Positions 8,921 through 17,881 of a DNA stretch of 64,000 nucleotides are shown here, piece by piece. Location of the stretch: positions 32,885 through 96,884 of IMG/VR virus record IMGVR_UViG_3300005613_000020; one strand, written 5' to 3'. The notes beneath the pieces were generated by a model that saw nothing but the letters and a program-made list of their open reading frames with translations, was not told the DNA's origin and did not search any database. Position numbers and translations under genes: made by a program. Every line of letters begins with the position of its first letter. Within the stretch, counting starts at the first letter, position 1. Source of the stretch: a virus.

Positions 8921-10231
8921 CTATGCATATACCCCAACGGAATCTACTACCACGATTTCTGTACTCCTACAAATTATATCTAGAGGAATATTAACCAATG
9001 GAGAATCCGCAATCGCATGAGGAGCATTTCGTATCAAACATCCCATAGCGTCTCCTCCTATAGCGGGAGCACTAGGGGGAGTTGTAATAGTAATAGTATC
9101 ATTTGCCCCTCTTGTCAGAACTAGTTGTACTTGGAATCCCTTGTACACGCTAGTATAATCACCCTGTCTCAAAAGATCCAAAAATAGGCTAGCGTCTTCT
9201 ATATCAATACTAACCGATAAACCATATTCTTTCCTTCCAGGAATTAGCTCATAAGGAACTCTATGAGATCCTACATCATCTGTAACGTAGTATTTAGGCT
9301 CTACCGCGTTGCTGATATCTAGCTTAAACTCAGTTACTCTAGCAAATTCTGTTCCTGCAAGAGTAAGAACCCCGTAGGAAAAGTAGTAAGGTTCTGTAGT
9401 AGGACAATCAATTGTAGGCTTTACGATATCCGACGTGTACCATGGGGAAACATCGGTAGCATCCTTATCCTTATAACGCATGTCTCTAGCCTGTAAATCG
9501 TCAATACCAAAAGTTACAATTTCTCCCTGTCCAGCTGTAATTGAAGCCCTACTAACTTTGCACCCAACATATCGTCTCTGCAAACTAGAATTTCCGTCTG
9601 TATCAACATATGTTGTGTCAATTTGGATTGGTTTTAGATGTACTGACTCAATTGCAGTATGGGTAAATGGGGCTTCAACTTCGTTGCAAGTTTCCCCTGT
9701 TAGATGATCATTAGATAATGGATAATTTAGAACTAAAGTAGTAGTACCCCCACCAGAACTAATCTGTCTAACCTCTGCATTATCACCAGTGCCAATCTGA
9801 ATATAGTCATCATCAGCGTAATCAGTACCAGAAACAACTGTAATTGATGCGACCCCTCTCGCATGGGCTCCGTTTAGAGTTGATCCACCTCCTCCAACAA
9901 CATCAGTTCCTACAGATTTAAGTGAACCTATTGGAAGATACAAAGGCATACCATTAAGTAGTGTAATATCTCCAATAGAACCACTAAATGCAACCTTTCC
10001 TTTATGGGTAATAAACCAATTTCTCTTGGAATTTTCACCATAAGCCCACTTTGATGTAAAATCAAACTCTGGGTCTGGTAATGTAGCTGACTCAAAAATA
10101 CCAAAAATCCTAGTCATATAGTCTTCGTCAACTACTCTGTCTGCTGTCTCTACTCCGCTATGAAGTGAACCATCATCAAAAAATTGCTGTCCGTACGACA
10201 GGCTCCACATTTCTCCACGTATCAACGCCAT
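8921..10231 (-). CDS. Major tail tube protein with inserted beta domain
   Basis: YVGCKVSRASI, FKLDISNAVE, PGRKEYGLSV tube motifs; position before chaperone and TMP. Confidence 0.85.
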   Translation of the reverse strand: MALIRGEMWSLSYGQQFFDDGSLHSGVETADRVVDEDYMTRIFGIFESATLPDPEFDFTSKWAYGENSKRNWFITHKGKVAFSGSIGDITLLNGMPLYLPIGSLKSVGTDVVGGGGSTLNGAHARGVASITVVSGTDYADDDYIQIGTGDNAEVRQISSGGGTTTLVLNYPLSNDHLTGETCNEVEAPFTHTAIESVHLKPIQIDTTYVDTDGNSSLQRRYVGCKVSRASITAGQGEIVTFGIDDLQARDMRYKDKDATDVSPWYTSDIVKPTIDCPTTEPYYFSYGVLTLAGTEFARVTEFKLDISNAVEPKYYVTDDVGSHRVPYELIPGRKEYGLSVSIDIEDASLFLDLLRQGDYTSVYKGFQVQLVLTRGANDTITITTPPSAPAIGGDAMGCLIRNAPHAIADSPLVNIPLDIICRSTEIVVVDSVGVYA

Positions 10232-10350
10232 TCTTGTTTCCTCCTACGTCTTTTATCAGACTTTGGTTTATTTTCTTTGTGAATCTTATGCTTATATCCT
10301 TCCTCTTTATCCCTTTTACGTTCCCTCTTTTGCCACTTATCTATCCTCAT
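10222..10350 (-). CDS. Very basic 42 aa peptide (not in ORF track)
   Basis: GGAGG SD then MRIDKWQKRERKRDKEEGYKHKIHKENKPKSDKRRRRKQEWR. Confidence 0.55.
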   Translation of the reverse strand: MRIDKWQKRERKRDKEEGYKHKIHKENKPKSDKRRRRKQEWR

Positions 10351-10366
10351 AATCCTCCAAATTTAT

Positions 10367-10834
10367 TTAGGCTCCTCCAGTACACTCAACATATACTCCA
10401 TTAGATTCTAGTGAAACTCTAATATCTCCCTCCCAAACGCGGGCGGTATCGTCTGTAGATTCCATAAAACTAACCATTCTTACAAGCTGAAATTCGTCCA
10501 TATCGTGCTTGAAGTGATAACATATTCTAGTTATCTCCTGCTTCAAATCCCATAATCTTTGGCGACTTTTCATAGTATATATAGTTATCAAAACTGGAAT
10601 CTTTACATCCTTATAAGTCCAATTTCCTCTTTGTGTATCCTGCAATCCGGGAGTTTCAACTCTAACAGCACAAACATCTCCCATCTTGAGATTCATCTTA
10701 ATCTCTTCGTTTGGAGCTACAAATTGTGGCTTGGGGACTTCATTATTCAACCTTTCATCCCAATTCTCTTCGAGAAAATCCTTGAACGCCTCTTGTGCCC
10801 TTGCTTCCGCTGAATACGTTTCTTTATATGCCAT
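10367..10834 (-). CDS. Tail terminator/completion protein
   Basis: Size, position between adaptor and tube, alpha/beta pattern. Confidence 0.6.
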   Translation of the reverse strand: MAYKETYSAEARAQEAFKDFLEENWDERLNNEVPKPQFVAPNEEIKMNLKMGDVCAVRVETPGLQDTQRGNWTYKDVKIPVLITIYTMKSRQRLWDLKQEITRICYHFKHDMDEFQLVRMVSFMESTDDTARVWEGDIRVSLESNGVYVECTGGA

Positions 10835-10855
10835 TTTTCTAAATGCTCAATCCCA

Positions 10856-11965
10856 TCAAATTACGGTAAAGCTCTTCAACAACTCAAGCTTCTCCTCCAC
10901 CTCTTTGTTAAGCTGCTCAACCTTAGAACTCATATCCATATGCTCTACACCAGAACTCAGAAGTACAGTATAGTCATTAGAAGTTAATATGTCAATTGCA
11001 GCTAGCTTTGTAGCTATTTCTCTAACTAACCCACCCTGATAATCAGTATCTAAGTTTCTTCCGTAAATATAACTAACCCTGACAGGAAAGGTAAACTCTC
11101 CATAACCCCATCTCCACAAAGGCCCTGATACTGCTAATCTTGCTGGAAGAATGAAGAACCTTGAAAAATAGATCATTCCTAGTTCGTCAATATCAAATAC
11201 CTCTTCGTTTCTCCCTACATCATAAACCTCGTACGAGTTTCCATTCCATATCTCAAATGATGTTAGACTCACTATTGGATAGTGTAGAGTCCTAATTCCA
11301 TATCTATCAAATTGATGGTCCTCATGCTCCGCATAGCCATACTTCCACGTCTTGTGAGAATCATAATCAATCCTAGATTCAGCTCTGTTAATTATCTCCT
11401 GAACTTGTTCTCTTGAAGGCGAAGATGTTGCATCAAAATCGATATCGAATTGCAGGTAATTTTTGACTATCGTAGGAGTAGTATACCTACAAATTGGATT
11501 AACATATATCTCAGTAATAGATGCTACTGTTGTTACTGATGCTGTGCTAACTCTTGTCCAATATCTATATTCCTCGTCTGGTGGAGTTGCTGAATGAGGG
11601 GATGTATCAGAGAAACTTAGACTACTCCAATCTGCTAGGTACTGGAATCGCTCTCCTCCATTAGTGGAAAAATCATACTCCTCTGGAACCACAAACTCTG
11701 TCCAAGATCCTCCATTAGAGTATTCCCAAGTCATATCTCCATAATTTCCGTTGATAGCTAGCAAGAAAACTGCTAACTCGTATCTTGAAGAATGCCCAAA
11801 ATACCAATAATCATCAGCATCATCTAAGAAACTAACATCTGTACCAGTCTTCATGATACTCTTTGTATGGTTAACGTAGGCTCCTCCACTATCGTCCCAC
11901 TGCCAAACAGCGGAAAAATGCGGGTAATTTTCCATTTCTACTTGAATTCCATCTACTCTAGGCAT
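10856..11965 (-). CDS. Head-tail adaptor with N-terminal extra beta domain
   Basis: C-terminal half YTTPTIVKNYL...IINRAESRID...YPIVSL...VSYIYG...IATKLAA; aromatic-rich N-terminal ~155 aa. Confidence 0.75.
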   Translation of the reverse strand: MPRVDGIQVEMENYPHFSAVWQWDDSGGAYVNHTKSIMKTGTDVSFLDDADDYWYFGHSSRYELAVFLLAINGNYGDMTWEYSNGGSWTEFVVPEEYDFSTNGGERFQYLADWSSLSFSDTSPHSATPPDEEYRYWTRVSTASVTTVASITEIYVNPICRYTTPTIVKNYLQFDIDFDATSSPSREQVQEIINRAESRIDYDSHKTWKYGYAEHEDHQFDRYGIRTLHYPIVSLTSFEIWNGNSYEVYDVGRNEEVFDIDELGMIYFSRFFILPARLAVSGPLWRWGYGEFTFPVRVSYIYGRNLDTDYQGGLVREIATKLAAIDILTSNDYTVLLSSGVEHMDMSSKVEQLNKEVEEKLELLKSFTVI

Positions 11966-11967
11966 AT

Positions 11968-12273
11968 CTACTCTCCATATGTACCTGTAACCATAAAATC
12001 ATCTTTCTTGATAACGGTATTACTGCCATCAACACAGGTAGCTGTTGCATGATATTTTCCTAGCACACTATTCTTAACTGTCGTATACAAATATCGGTAA
12101 CTTCCTGTGGCAAACCATGTGAATGAATCCCCATCTACTACTTTGACTCCCCTTGGATCAACTATTGTGATAGTAGGTTCTGAAGCAATGTCAACAAGAT
12201 TTCCGCTTAAGCTCTTTGTATATACGATTATCTTTGCAGTTTCCTCTCGTTCATACTCAACTAACGTTGCCAT
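11968..12273 (-). CDS. Small Ig-like virion structural protein
   Basis: TITIVDPRG, TGSYRYLY, GKY beta-sandwich pattern. Confidence 0.65.
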   Translation of the reverse strand: MATLVEYEREETAKIIVYTKSLSGNLVDIASEPTITIVDPRGVKVVDGDSFTWFATGSYRYLYTTVKNSVLGKYHATATCVDGSNTVIKKDDFMVTGTYGE

Positions 12274-12291
12274 TGTCTTTTCCCTCTATTA

Positions 12292-12315
12292 TATATTATA
12301 CTCGATTTTACAAAA
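12292..12315 (-). promoter_or_regulatory. Phage promoter motif copy 2
   Basis: TTTTGTA AAATCGAG TATAAT ATA; TTGTGA also lies 17 bp upstream of the -10. Confidence 0.7.
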
Positions 12316-12333
12316 TTTCACAAGTTTTTGTTT

Positions 12334-14595
12334 CTACTCCGTTCTGTGGAACTCTAATATAGCTAGAAATTCACTGCTGAATAGTAGCTCCATAGCAAGA
12401 TACCTATAGAAATCAAGGACTTCTGTAATGGATTCTGTGTCTGATAAAATCTTAGTAAAGTCCTTATTAACAACCTCGATTAGCGGTAATTCCTCTGCAA
12501 TTCCCTTTCCTATTCCTAACACGTTATTATCAGAAAGTGTTATTGAATCAGAAAATACGCTTACCTGTTCCTTTGATATCAACTCTGATATTGATTCATA
12601 ATCAGATAATTCTCTGACAATATCCCAAATAATTACTATCGAGTCTGATAAACTAGTTTGATCGTCTAAGTTAGAGTAGTAGTTCCTAGAACTAGATTCA
12701 GATACAGGCATACCTTCGCTAATATATAGCTTCTTGTTTGATCCATCTACAGCAAATATCTTTGTAAACTCTGCGATATTAAGAATGTCTGACAATGTCT
12801 TATACCTAGCAATTCCAGTTAGACTTACTAATAACTCTGCTATTGATACTGTATCTGATAATGATTTAGTGTGTGGTACACCTGATCCTTCTGGCCAATC
12901 TATGTCGCTAGAGCTATAAAACCAAATTCCTGCTGGTGAACCTTTTTTTATGTCAGTAAACACAAAAGCATATCCAACATCTGGAATGTTAGGTGAAGGT
13001 GATGTTTGAGGATAATTACTGTACATAGCAACCGGAACCCAAGGAAGTGATTCTTCATAAACCAAAACTTCTAGTAATTCAGCTGGAGCAGTCCACCATG
13101 AAGTGTAAGTAGATGAATAGATAGAAGTATACCCTGGTTCTTCGTCATCGGATCTATTGTAAAACACATATAGGTTTCCTGCTCTATCTATAGATGTAGA
13201 TACCGCAAAGATTCCTTCGTGCAGATCACATTCTAAAGCAGCATCAATAAATGCTGTCAAAGCCCATACTCCTTCGTATGGTTTTTTGTTGTGTACTAAT
13301 ATGGTCCCTCCACTAATATCATACATCCCCCAGACAATATGAATAGTATCATCAGCATCCACTATAACGGAAATTGAAGCAGGAATGTACTCTGTGTCTG
13401 CTGGGTTGAAGACTAGTTCCCCGCTGTCCCAAGAACCATCCCATGTATAATGATATAGCACTTGGAACCCTAATGCTTCCTCTCCTGTTATCAGATGCAA
13501 ATCTCCTGATGAATCAAATGCTATAGCAGGTATTGTTGAATCGCTAATATTTATTAGTGGTCTCGTAACTCCCGCTATTTCCGACGAGATAGCTCCCCAA
13601 ACACCAGCTGCTGATCTTACTCTATGCCAAACACATAGATCCATAGACGCATTTTCCTGAAACCAAACAACATGTAAGTTATCTGAGTCATCAACAGCTA
13701 TAGTAGATTCGTAACTAAAAGTATATGTATCATTATTTACCTCTTCAACGGAATCTAATGATCCTCCTACCTGTCTACGCCGATAATATATAATATCCTC
13801 GTCTTCGTCATACCATGTTAAATGAAGATTCCTAGAACTATCAATCGCCAATCCAGCAGGGGTTAAATCACCTACAGTGCTAGTAACCATCAAGGAAGAA
13901 TCCCAAGTACTTCCGCCATCATCAGACCAAGCAAGGTAGATATCCATAGGGCTATTTCTTCCAAACAACGAATATATTCTCCCATCAACAATATCGTAAA
14001 CTAATTGTCTGCCTGTTACTTCGTAGCTTACAGCAGAGGGGTCTTCGTCATTAATATTAACCGCATCATCCCATGTAGGTATGCTATATTCAATAGTTAG
14101 TTTTGCTCCATAGCTATTATCAAGATAATCCCAAGTTCTAAACTCTCTATAATGACCAGCTACAGCATTCTGGATACTAAACCATAGGATTATACCTCCT
14201 CCCGACGAATAATCGTGTTCAGAATACAACTCACTTATTATAGATTTAACATCCTTTGAAACCCATCCGTTATCCTCGTGACTGCTAAAATTAGACTGTG
14301 CGTCTGTCCTGGTTTCGTTTACGTCAAAAGAAGGATTTACGTCATCGTCTTGACCTTCTATTTTTATGAGTGGATTTCCAGTCTCTGATGACTGGTATAC
14401 CTGCAAGGTTGCGGAATCTATCACTACACCAGCTGGTATAGTTACATCGAATTTTACCCCCATCGCGTAGGCATCAGCATATAGGGGGGTTCTTCCCATT
14501 CTAGCATCAGTTATTGTATAGTCATAAGAAGGTGTAGAAACATAACATTCTACATCATCGTTACTCTCGTTTACTTGATAATTTAACGTAGGCAT
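12334..14595 (-). CDS. Virion appendage protein: N-terminal beta-sandwich, BNR/Asp-box beta-propeller, C-terminal stalk repeats
   Basis: SDDGGSTW Asp-box; repeated IAxDxxxNLHxxW blades; ~18-20 aa LSDxxxIxE repeats. Confidence 0.75.
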   Translation of the reverse strand: MPTLNYQVNESNDDVECYVSTPSYDYTITDARMGRTPLYADAYAMGVKFDVTIPAGVVIDSATLQVYQSSETGNPLIKIEGQDDDVNPSFDVNETRTDAQSNFSSHEDNGWVSKDVKSIISELYSEHDYSSGGGIILWFSIQNAVAGHYREFRTWDYLDNSYGAKLTIEYSIPTWDDAVNINDEDPSAVSYEVTGRQLVYDIVDGRIYSLFGRNSPMDIYLAWSDDGGSTWDSSLMVTSTVGDLTPAGLAIDSSRNLHLTWYDEDEDIIYYRRRQVGGSLDSVEEVNNDTYTFSYESTIAVDDSDNLHVVWFQENASMDLCVWHRVRSAAGVWGAISSEIAGVTRPLINISDSTIPAIAFDSSGDLHLITGEEALGFQVLYHYTWDGSWDSGELVFNPADTEYIPASISVIVDADDTIHIVWGMYDISGGTILVHNKKPYEGVWALTAFIDAALECDLHEGIFAVSTSIDRAGNLYVFYNRSDDEEPGYTSIYSSTYTSWWTAPAELLEVLVYEESLPWVPVAMYSNYPQTSPSPNIPDVGYAFVFTDIKKGSPAGIWFYSSSDIDWPEGSGVPHTKSLSDTVSIAELLVSLTGIARYKTLSDILNIAEFTKIFAVDGSNKKLYISEGMPVSESSSRNYYSNLDDQTSLSDSIVIIWDIVRELSDYESISELISKEQVSVFSDSITLSDNNVLGIGKGIAEELPLIEVVNKDFTKILSDTESITEVLDFYRYLAMELLFSSEFLAILEFHRTE

Positions 14596-15251
14596 AATAA
14601 GTCCTTAATTTCATCCAAATTACCAACGTGCAAGCTTGCGTGACAAGAACGGCACATGGTAACTAGGTTATGCTCCATGCAATTTTTCTTATTTTCGTCC
14701 TTATGGTGGACGCATAGTTGGTGGTTCCTTCCACAAACACTGCACTTATACCCGTCTCGACTCAAAATTGATTTCTTAAGCTCGTTGTTCCATTCATCTG
14801 GGTATTCATTACTGCTAATTCCGCCCTTCCAATTCCAATGATTTTCCCCTCTTTGCAACTCTAGATCAATTCGATTTCCCTTCATAACCTCAACCAAATC
14901 TGGCCTAGGCTTTCCATTTGCTACATGTCCAATAGCATATTTCTTTTCCCTGCCTCGATTGTCATATCTGCGAATTAAAGTTCCGCAACCACATTCGCAT
15001 TTCTTTTCCTCGTTGCTATGCCGATTGGGATTGTGATCTGGCCTTCTTGTCACATCTCTATTTGCATTATAACATTTGAAGGAACAATATTTAGGTTTAC
15101 CACCAAATCTAGTATTACGATTAAACGCCTTACTGCAACCAGCACAAATTACTTCTACTGGACGCTTTAACAAACCCTTATTAGCACAGGCTTTGGAACA
15201 ATAGGTCAAACCGTACCATTCCAAAGCGTTACCACATGTCTTGCAAACCAT
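14583..15251 (-). CDS. Free-standing HNH homing endonuclease with Cys-rich repeats
   Basis: YCSxxC repeats, CECGCG, NWKGG, RDGYKCSVCG, VHHKDENKKN, NLVTMCRSCH. Confidence 0.9.
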   Translation of the reverse strand: MVCKTCGNALEWYGLTYCSKACANKGLLKRPVEVICAGCSKAFNRNTRFGGKPKYCSFKCYNANRDVTRRPDHNPNRHSNEEKKCECGCGTLIRRYDNRGREKKYAIGHVANGKPRPDLVEVMKGNRIDLELQRGENHWNWKGGISSNEYPDEWNNELKKSILSRDGYKCSVCGRNHQLCVHHKDENKKNCMEHNLVTMCRSCHASLHVGNLDEIKDLLCLR

Positions 15252-15272
15252 AATTAAGTCATCTACGTAGGT

Positions 15273-15734
15273 CTACGACGAACCTGCGGAGAGGGTCCAC
15301 GTAATCTGCAAAGTATCTCCAGCTGCCTTATTGATAACTGCAAACGTAGAGTAAAGTAGTATAGTCCCAGCTGAAGGATCGTTGAAAATTCCTGCTTCTG
15401 TAATAGCTCCAGTACCATCACCAGCCGCCCAGTCAGCAATGTAAATTACATCGTTGTCGTCAGCTCCAGCTCCTTGATTAAAGCTAGTAAGTGCATTTCT
15501 ATCAAGTTCTGTAGCTAGAGCCGTAACTGCTGTACCGAGACCTGAATTGTCTCCCGTTCCAATGGCCATATGGCTCATAGGAGATTCATCAGGGACTTCT
15601 GACAACTGATCAGCAATATGAGCATCTCCAACAGCAGCTACTGTATTATGAAGCTCCCTTACTTCTTTTATCTTTCCGTCTGGACCCCTTAGTACGATCT
15701 TAACATTGTCCTTAACCTTCGCTCCATCCTTCAT
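15273..15734 (-). CDS. Virion structural protein (fibre/appendage base)
   Basis: HNTV...HMAIGTG...TALATE...GAITEAGIFN...DTLQITW pattern common in phage structural proteins. Confidence 0.75.
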   Translation of the reverse strand: MKDGAKVKDNVKIVLRGPDGKIKEVRELHNTVAAVGDAHIADQLSEVPDESPMSHMAIGTGDNSGLGTAVTALATELDRNALTSFNQGAGADDNDVIYIADWAAGDGTGAITEAGIFNDPSAGTILLYSTFAVINKAAGDTLQITWTLSAGSS

Positions 15735-16260
15735 TATTACCTCCCTTATGTACTAGGCTCGTTATTTTGCCTAGTTTTTCCGACACTAATTTCCTAATAA
15801 CCATAACTGCTTTATCTTCTACTGGCTTAACAATTTTATCGGTTTGCTTCCTCGGTACAAACAGGAATATAAATAGGAAAGCGAATATAACTAATTGCAT
15901 AATTAATCCCCATTCGGTTGCAAACCACGTTGGCCAAAACCATTTATGGTGCAGCCCTTGGGTACAATTCCATCCGGTTATAAAGAATAGTGCCCACTCA
16001 AAATCTGGTAACACCCCAAATAACATTCCCAACCAATATTTCTTTGCTTTTATTGCTAGGAATATTGACAATATAATACTAATAGAGATTACTGCTCCTG
16101 TTAACTCGGCGTCCATAGGGCCATGGAACAGTGTATATTTTCCATAGTTAAAAGAATCAAGGAAAAAATGCGACGCAAAAGCAAACGGTATTGTTAGATA
16201 CCATCTACGGCTAGCCTTATCAATTATGGCCCCAGCCATCATATGAACTGGCATAAACAT
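15712..16260 (-). CDS. Multi-pass membrane protein, possible metal-dependent hydrolase
   Basis: Four hydrophobic segments; H...SHFFLD...LPD...LH motifs. Confidence 0.7.
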   Translation of the reverse strand: MFMPVHMMAGAIIDKASRRWYLTIPFAFASHFFLDSFNYGKYTLFHGPMDAELTGAVISISIILSIFLAIKAKKYWLGMLFGVLPDFEWALFFITGWNCTQGLHHKWFWPTWFATEWGLIMQLVIFAFLFIFLFVPRKQTDKIVKPVEDKAVMVIRKLVSEKLGKITSLVHKGGNNEGWSEG

Positions 16261-16354
16261 AATTCAGTCTTCAACCCTCGCATAAATAATATCAGAAGAT
16301 GTCTGGTTAATCATTCTCACAAATGAACTACTTCCAATATTTTGTTTCTTGTCT

Positions 16355-16588
16355 TTATCTATCCTCTTGGTCTTCTTCTGTTTTGCCATATACTATATCC
16401 ATCTTATTTGAAAACATAATCTCAATAGCTGTCTCTTCTTTTATATTCGTTTTTTCTGATCTCTTAAAGAAAGCAAGAAATCTTTTACCTAACCGAGTAT
16501 GGGAAGCCCTTGTATAGAAAGCTAATAGTACCAAACCACCGGCTATTCCCAAAACAGTTATTAAATCGTTCATTTCTGCTTCGTGCAT
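16355..16588 (-). CDS. Small single-TM protein
   Basis: LITVLGIAGGLVLLAFY segment. Confidence 0.55.
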   Translation of the reverse strand: MHEAEMNDLITVLGIAGGLVLLAFYTRASHTRLGKRFLAFFKRSEKTNIKEETAIEIMFSNKMDIVYGKTEEDQEDR

Positions 16589-17076
16589 TATATCAATCCC
16601 GTTACTACGACCTTTGCTGCGGATGACCCCGGTTGTCCTGTTGGCGGGGTAGCCCCAGATCCATATATACTTATTGTATCACCACTGTAAAATACATAAG
16701 AATGTGTTCCAGTGAACAAATCACCTGCTGCATTGTAAGCGCCAGCAGATCCCACTTTAGCCATCTCTAGGTTGCCGGAACTGTGGTAACAACCCAAAAG
16801 ATCGCCGACAGTAACTGAGATACTTAATCCTGTGAATGTTCTAACTGCCCCCGCTGCAACCGTACCTAATACCGCAAAAGACCTACACGTATAAGAACCG
16901 GAAGATCCATAAAAAGTACCTGTTTTAAGCCCGCCTGCATCAGCAAATGCATAAACCTGTATTGTACTGATAATTCCTGTTTCATTCGCCGGGTTATCCA
17001 CCAATACAGATGTTCCTCCAGGAAAAGTATAGCTCGCTCTATTTATAGCTGGTGACCCAATATCAATAGAAGACAT
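16588..17076 (-). CDS. Beta-rich putative structural protein
   Basis: G/S/T-rich; VTVGDLLG motif; coupled start and stop. Confidence 0.65.
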   Translation of the reverse strand: MSSIDIGSPAINRASYTFPGGTSVLVDNPANETGIISTIQVYAFADAGGLKTGTFYGSSGSYTCRSFAVLGTVAAGAVRTFTGLSISVTVGDLLGCYHSSGNLEMAKVGSAGAYNAAGDLFTGTHSYVFYSGDTISIYGSGATPPTGQPGSSAAKVVVTGLI

Positions 17077-17381
17077 TATATTTTCTTAGTTTCTGCCTTT
17101 TTCTCTATTTTGTCTTGTACCTCAATTCCAACCCAATCTGATTGCTTCTCATCAAGATACTCCCAAGATGATTTTACCTTGGATAGATGGCTTAGCATTA
17201 TTTTTTGCAAGTCGTTTAAAGTTGATGTCGGAGTAACTTTTACAAAATGTGTGTTACATGGCGTATCCTCGCCATCGACTACATAATCCTCATAGTGGGG
17301 CTCACCGATTTCCAAATAAACATCAAATCTTACCTGTAGTTTATCCGCGAGAAAGTCAACATCTGTAATAACAGCTCTCAT
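17076..17381 (-). CDS. Hypothetical protein
   Basis: GGAGG SD; coupled to neighbours. Confidence 0.65.
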   Translation of the reverse strand: MRAVITDVDFLADKLQVRFDVYLEIGEPHYEDYVVDGEDTPCNTHFVKVTPTSTLNDLQKIMLSHLSKVKSSWEYLDEKQSDWVGIEVQDKIEKKAETKKI

Positions 17382-17391
17382 TTATTACCTC

Positions 17392-17865
17392 CTATTCTGT
17401 CCACTCAACTACTAATCCAACTTGAACACTATAGAATACTAAACTATCACTATCTACGCTGGCTTCATCCCATTGTAGATCATAAGTTCCATTGCCAGTT
17501 ACCTCGCCCTTCACATCCACATTCCCCATTACAACATCCCCCCCATCGGTTGTTGATCCGTCAACTTGGATATCGTCGTCAAGAAAATTGATAGCATCGG
17601 TCCAAGATCCTGCTACGGTTTCTTTTACCTGTATTTCTTGAGCCCCATTAAGTTTATTGCCGGCGGCATTGGTATTCTCAACCTTCCTGTACTTAAATAT
17701 TGCTCTTACTCTATCAATATTAGCATAGCTCGGCAATCCAGAAACTGTAACACTCAATAAAGCAACATCTGATGCAGCATTGTTTACAGTTATACTAGCT
17801 TGTGATCCGGTACACCAAAATGGTTTTGATTTAGGTATCCTCTTACGCGGTCTTGAAACTGGCAT
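17392..17865 (-). CDS. Beta-rich putative structural protein
   Basis: SD present; jelly-roll-like composition. Confidence 0.65.
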   Translation of the reverse strand: MPVSRPRKRIPKSKPFWCTGSQASITVNNAASDVALLSVTVSGLPSYANIDRVRAIFKYRKVENTNAAGNKLNGAQEIQVKETVAGSWTDAINFLDDDIQVDGSTTDGGDVVMGNVDVKGEVTGNGTYDLQWDEASVDSDSLVFYSVQVGLVVEWTE

Positions 17866-17881
17866 AATTCACCTTCCTTTA

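Noticed and set aside
16264-16389. Possible 41 aa ORF (MAKQKKTKR...)
   Set aside because: Fills a gap but has a weak SD and no motif; insufficient support
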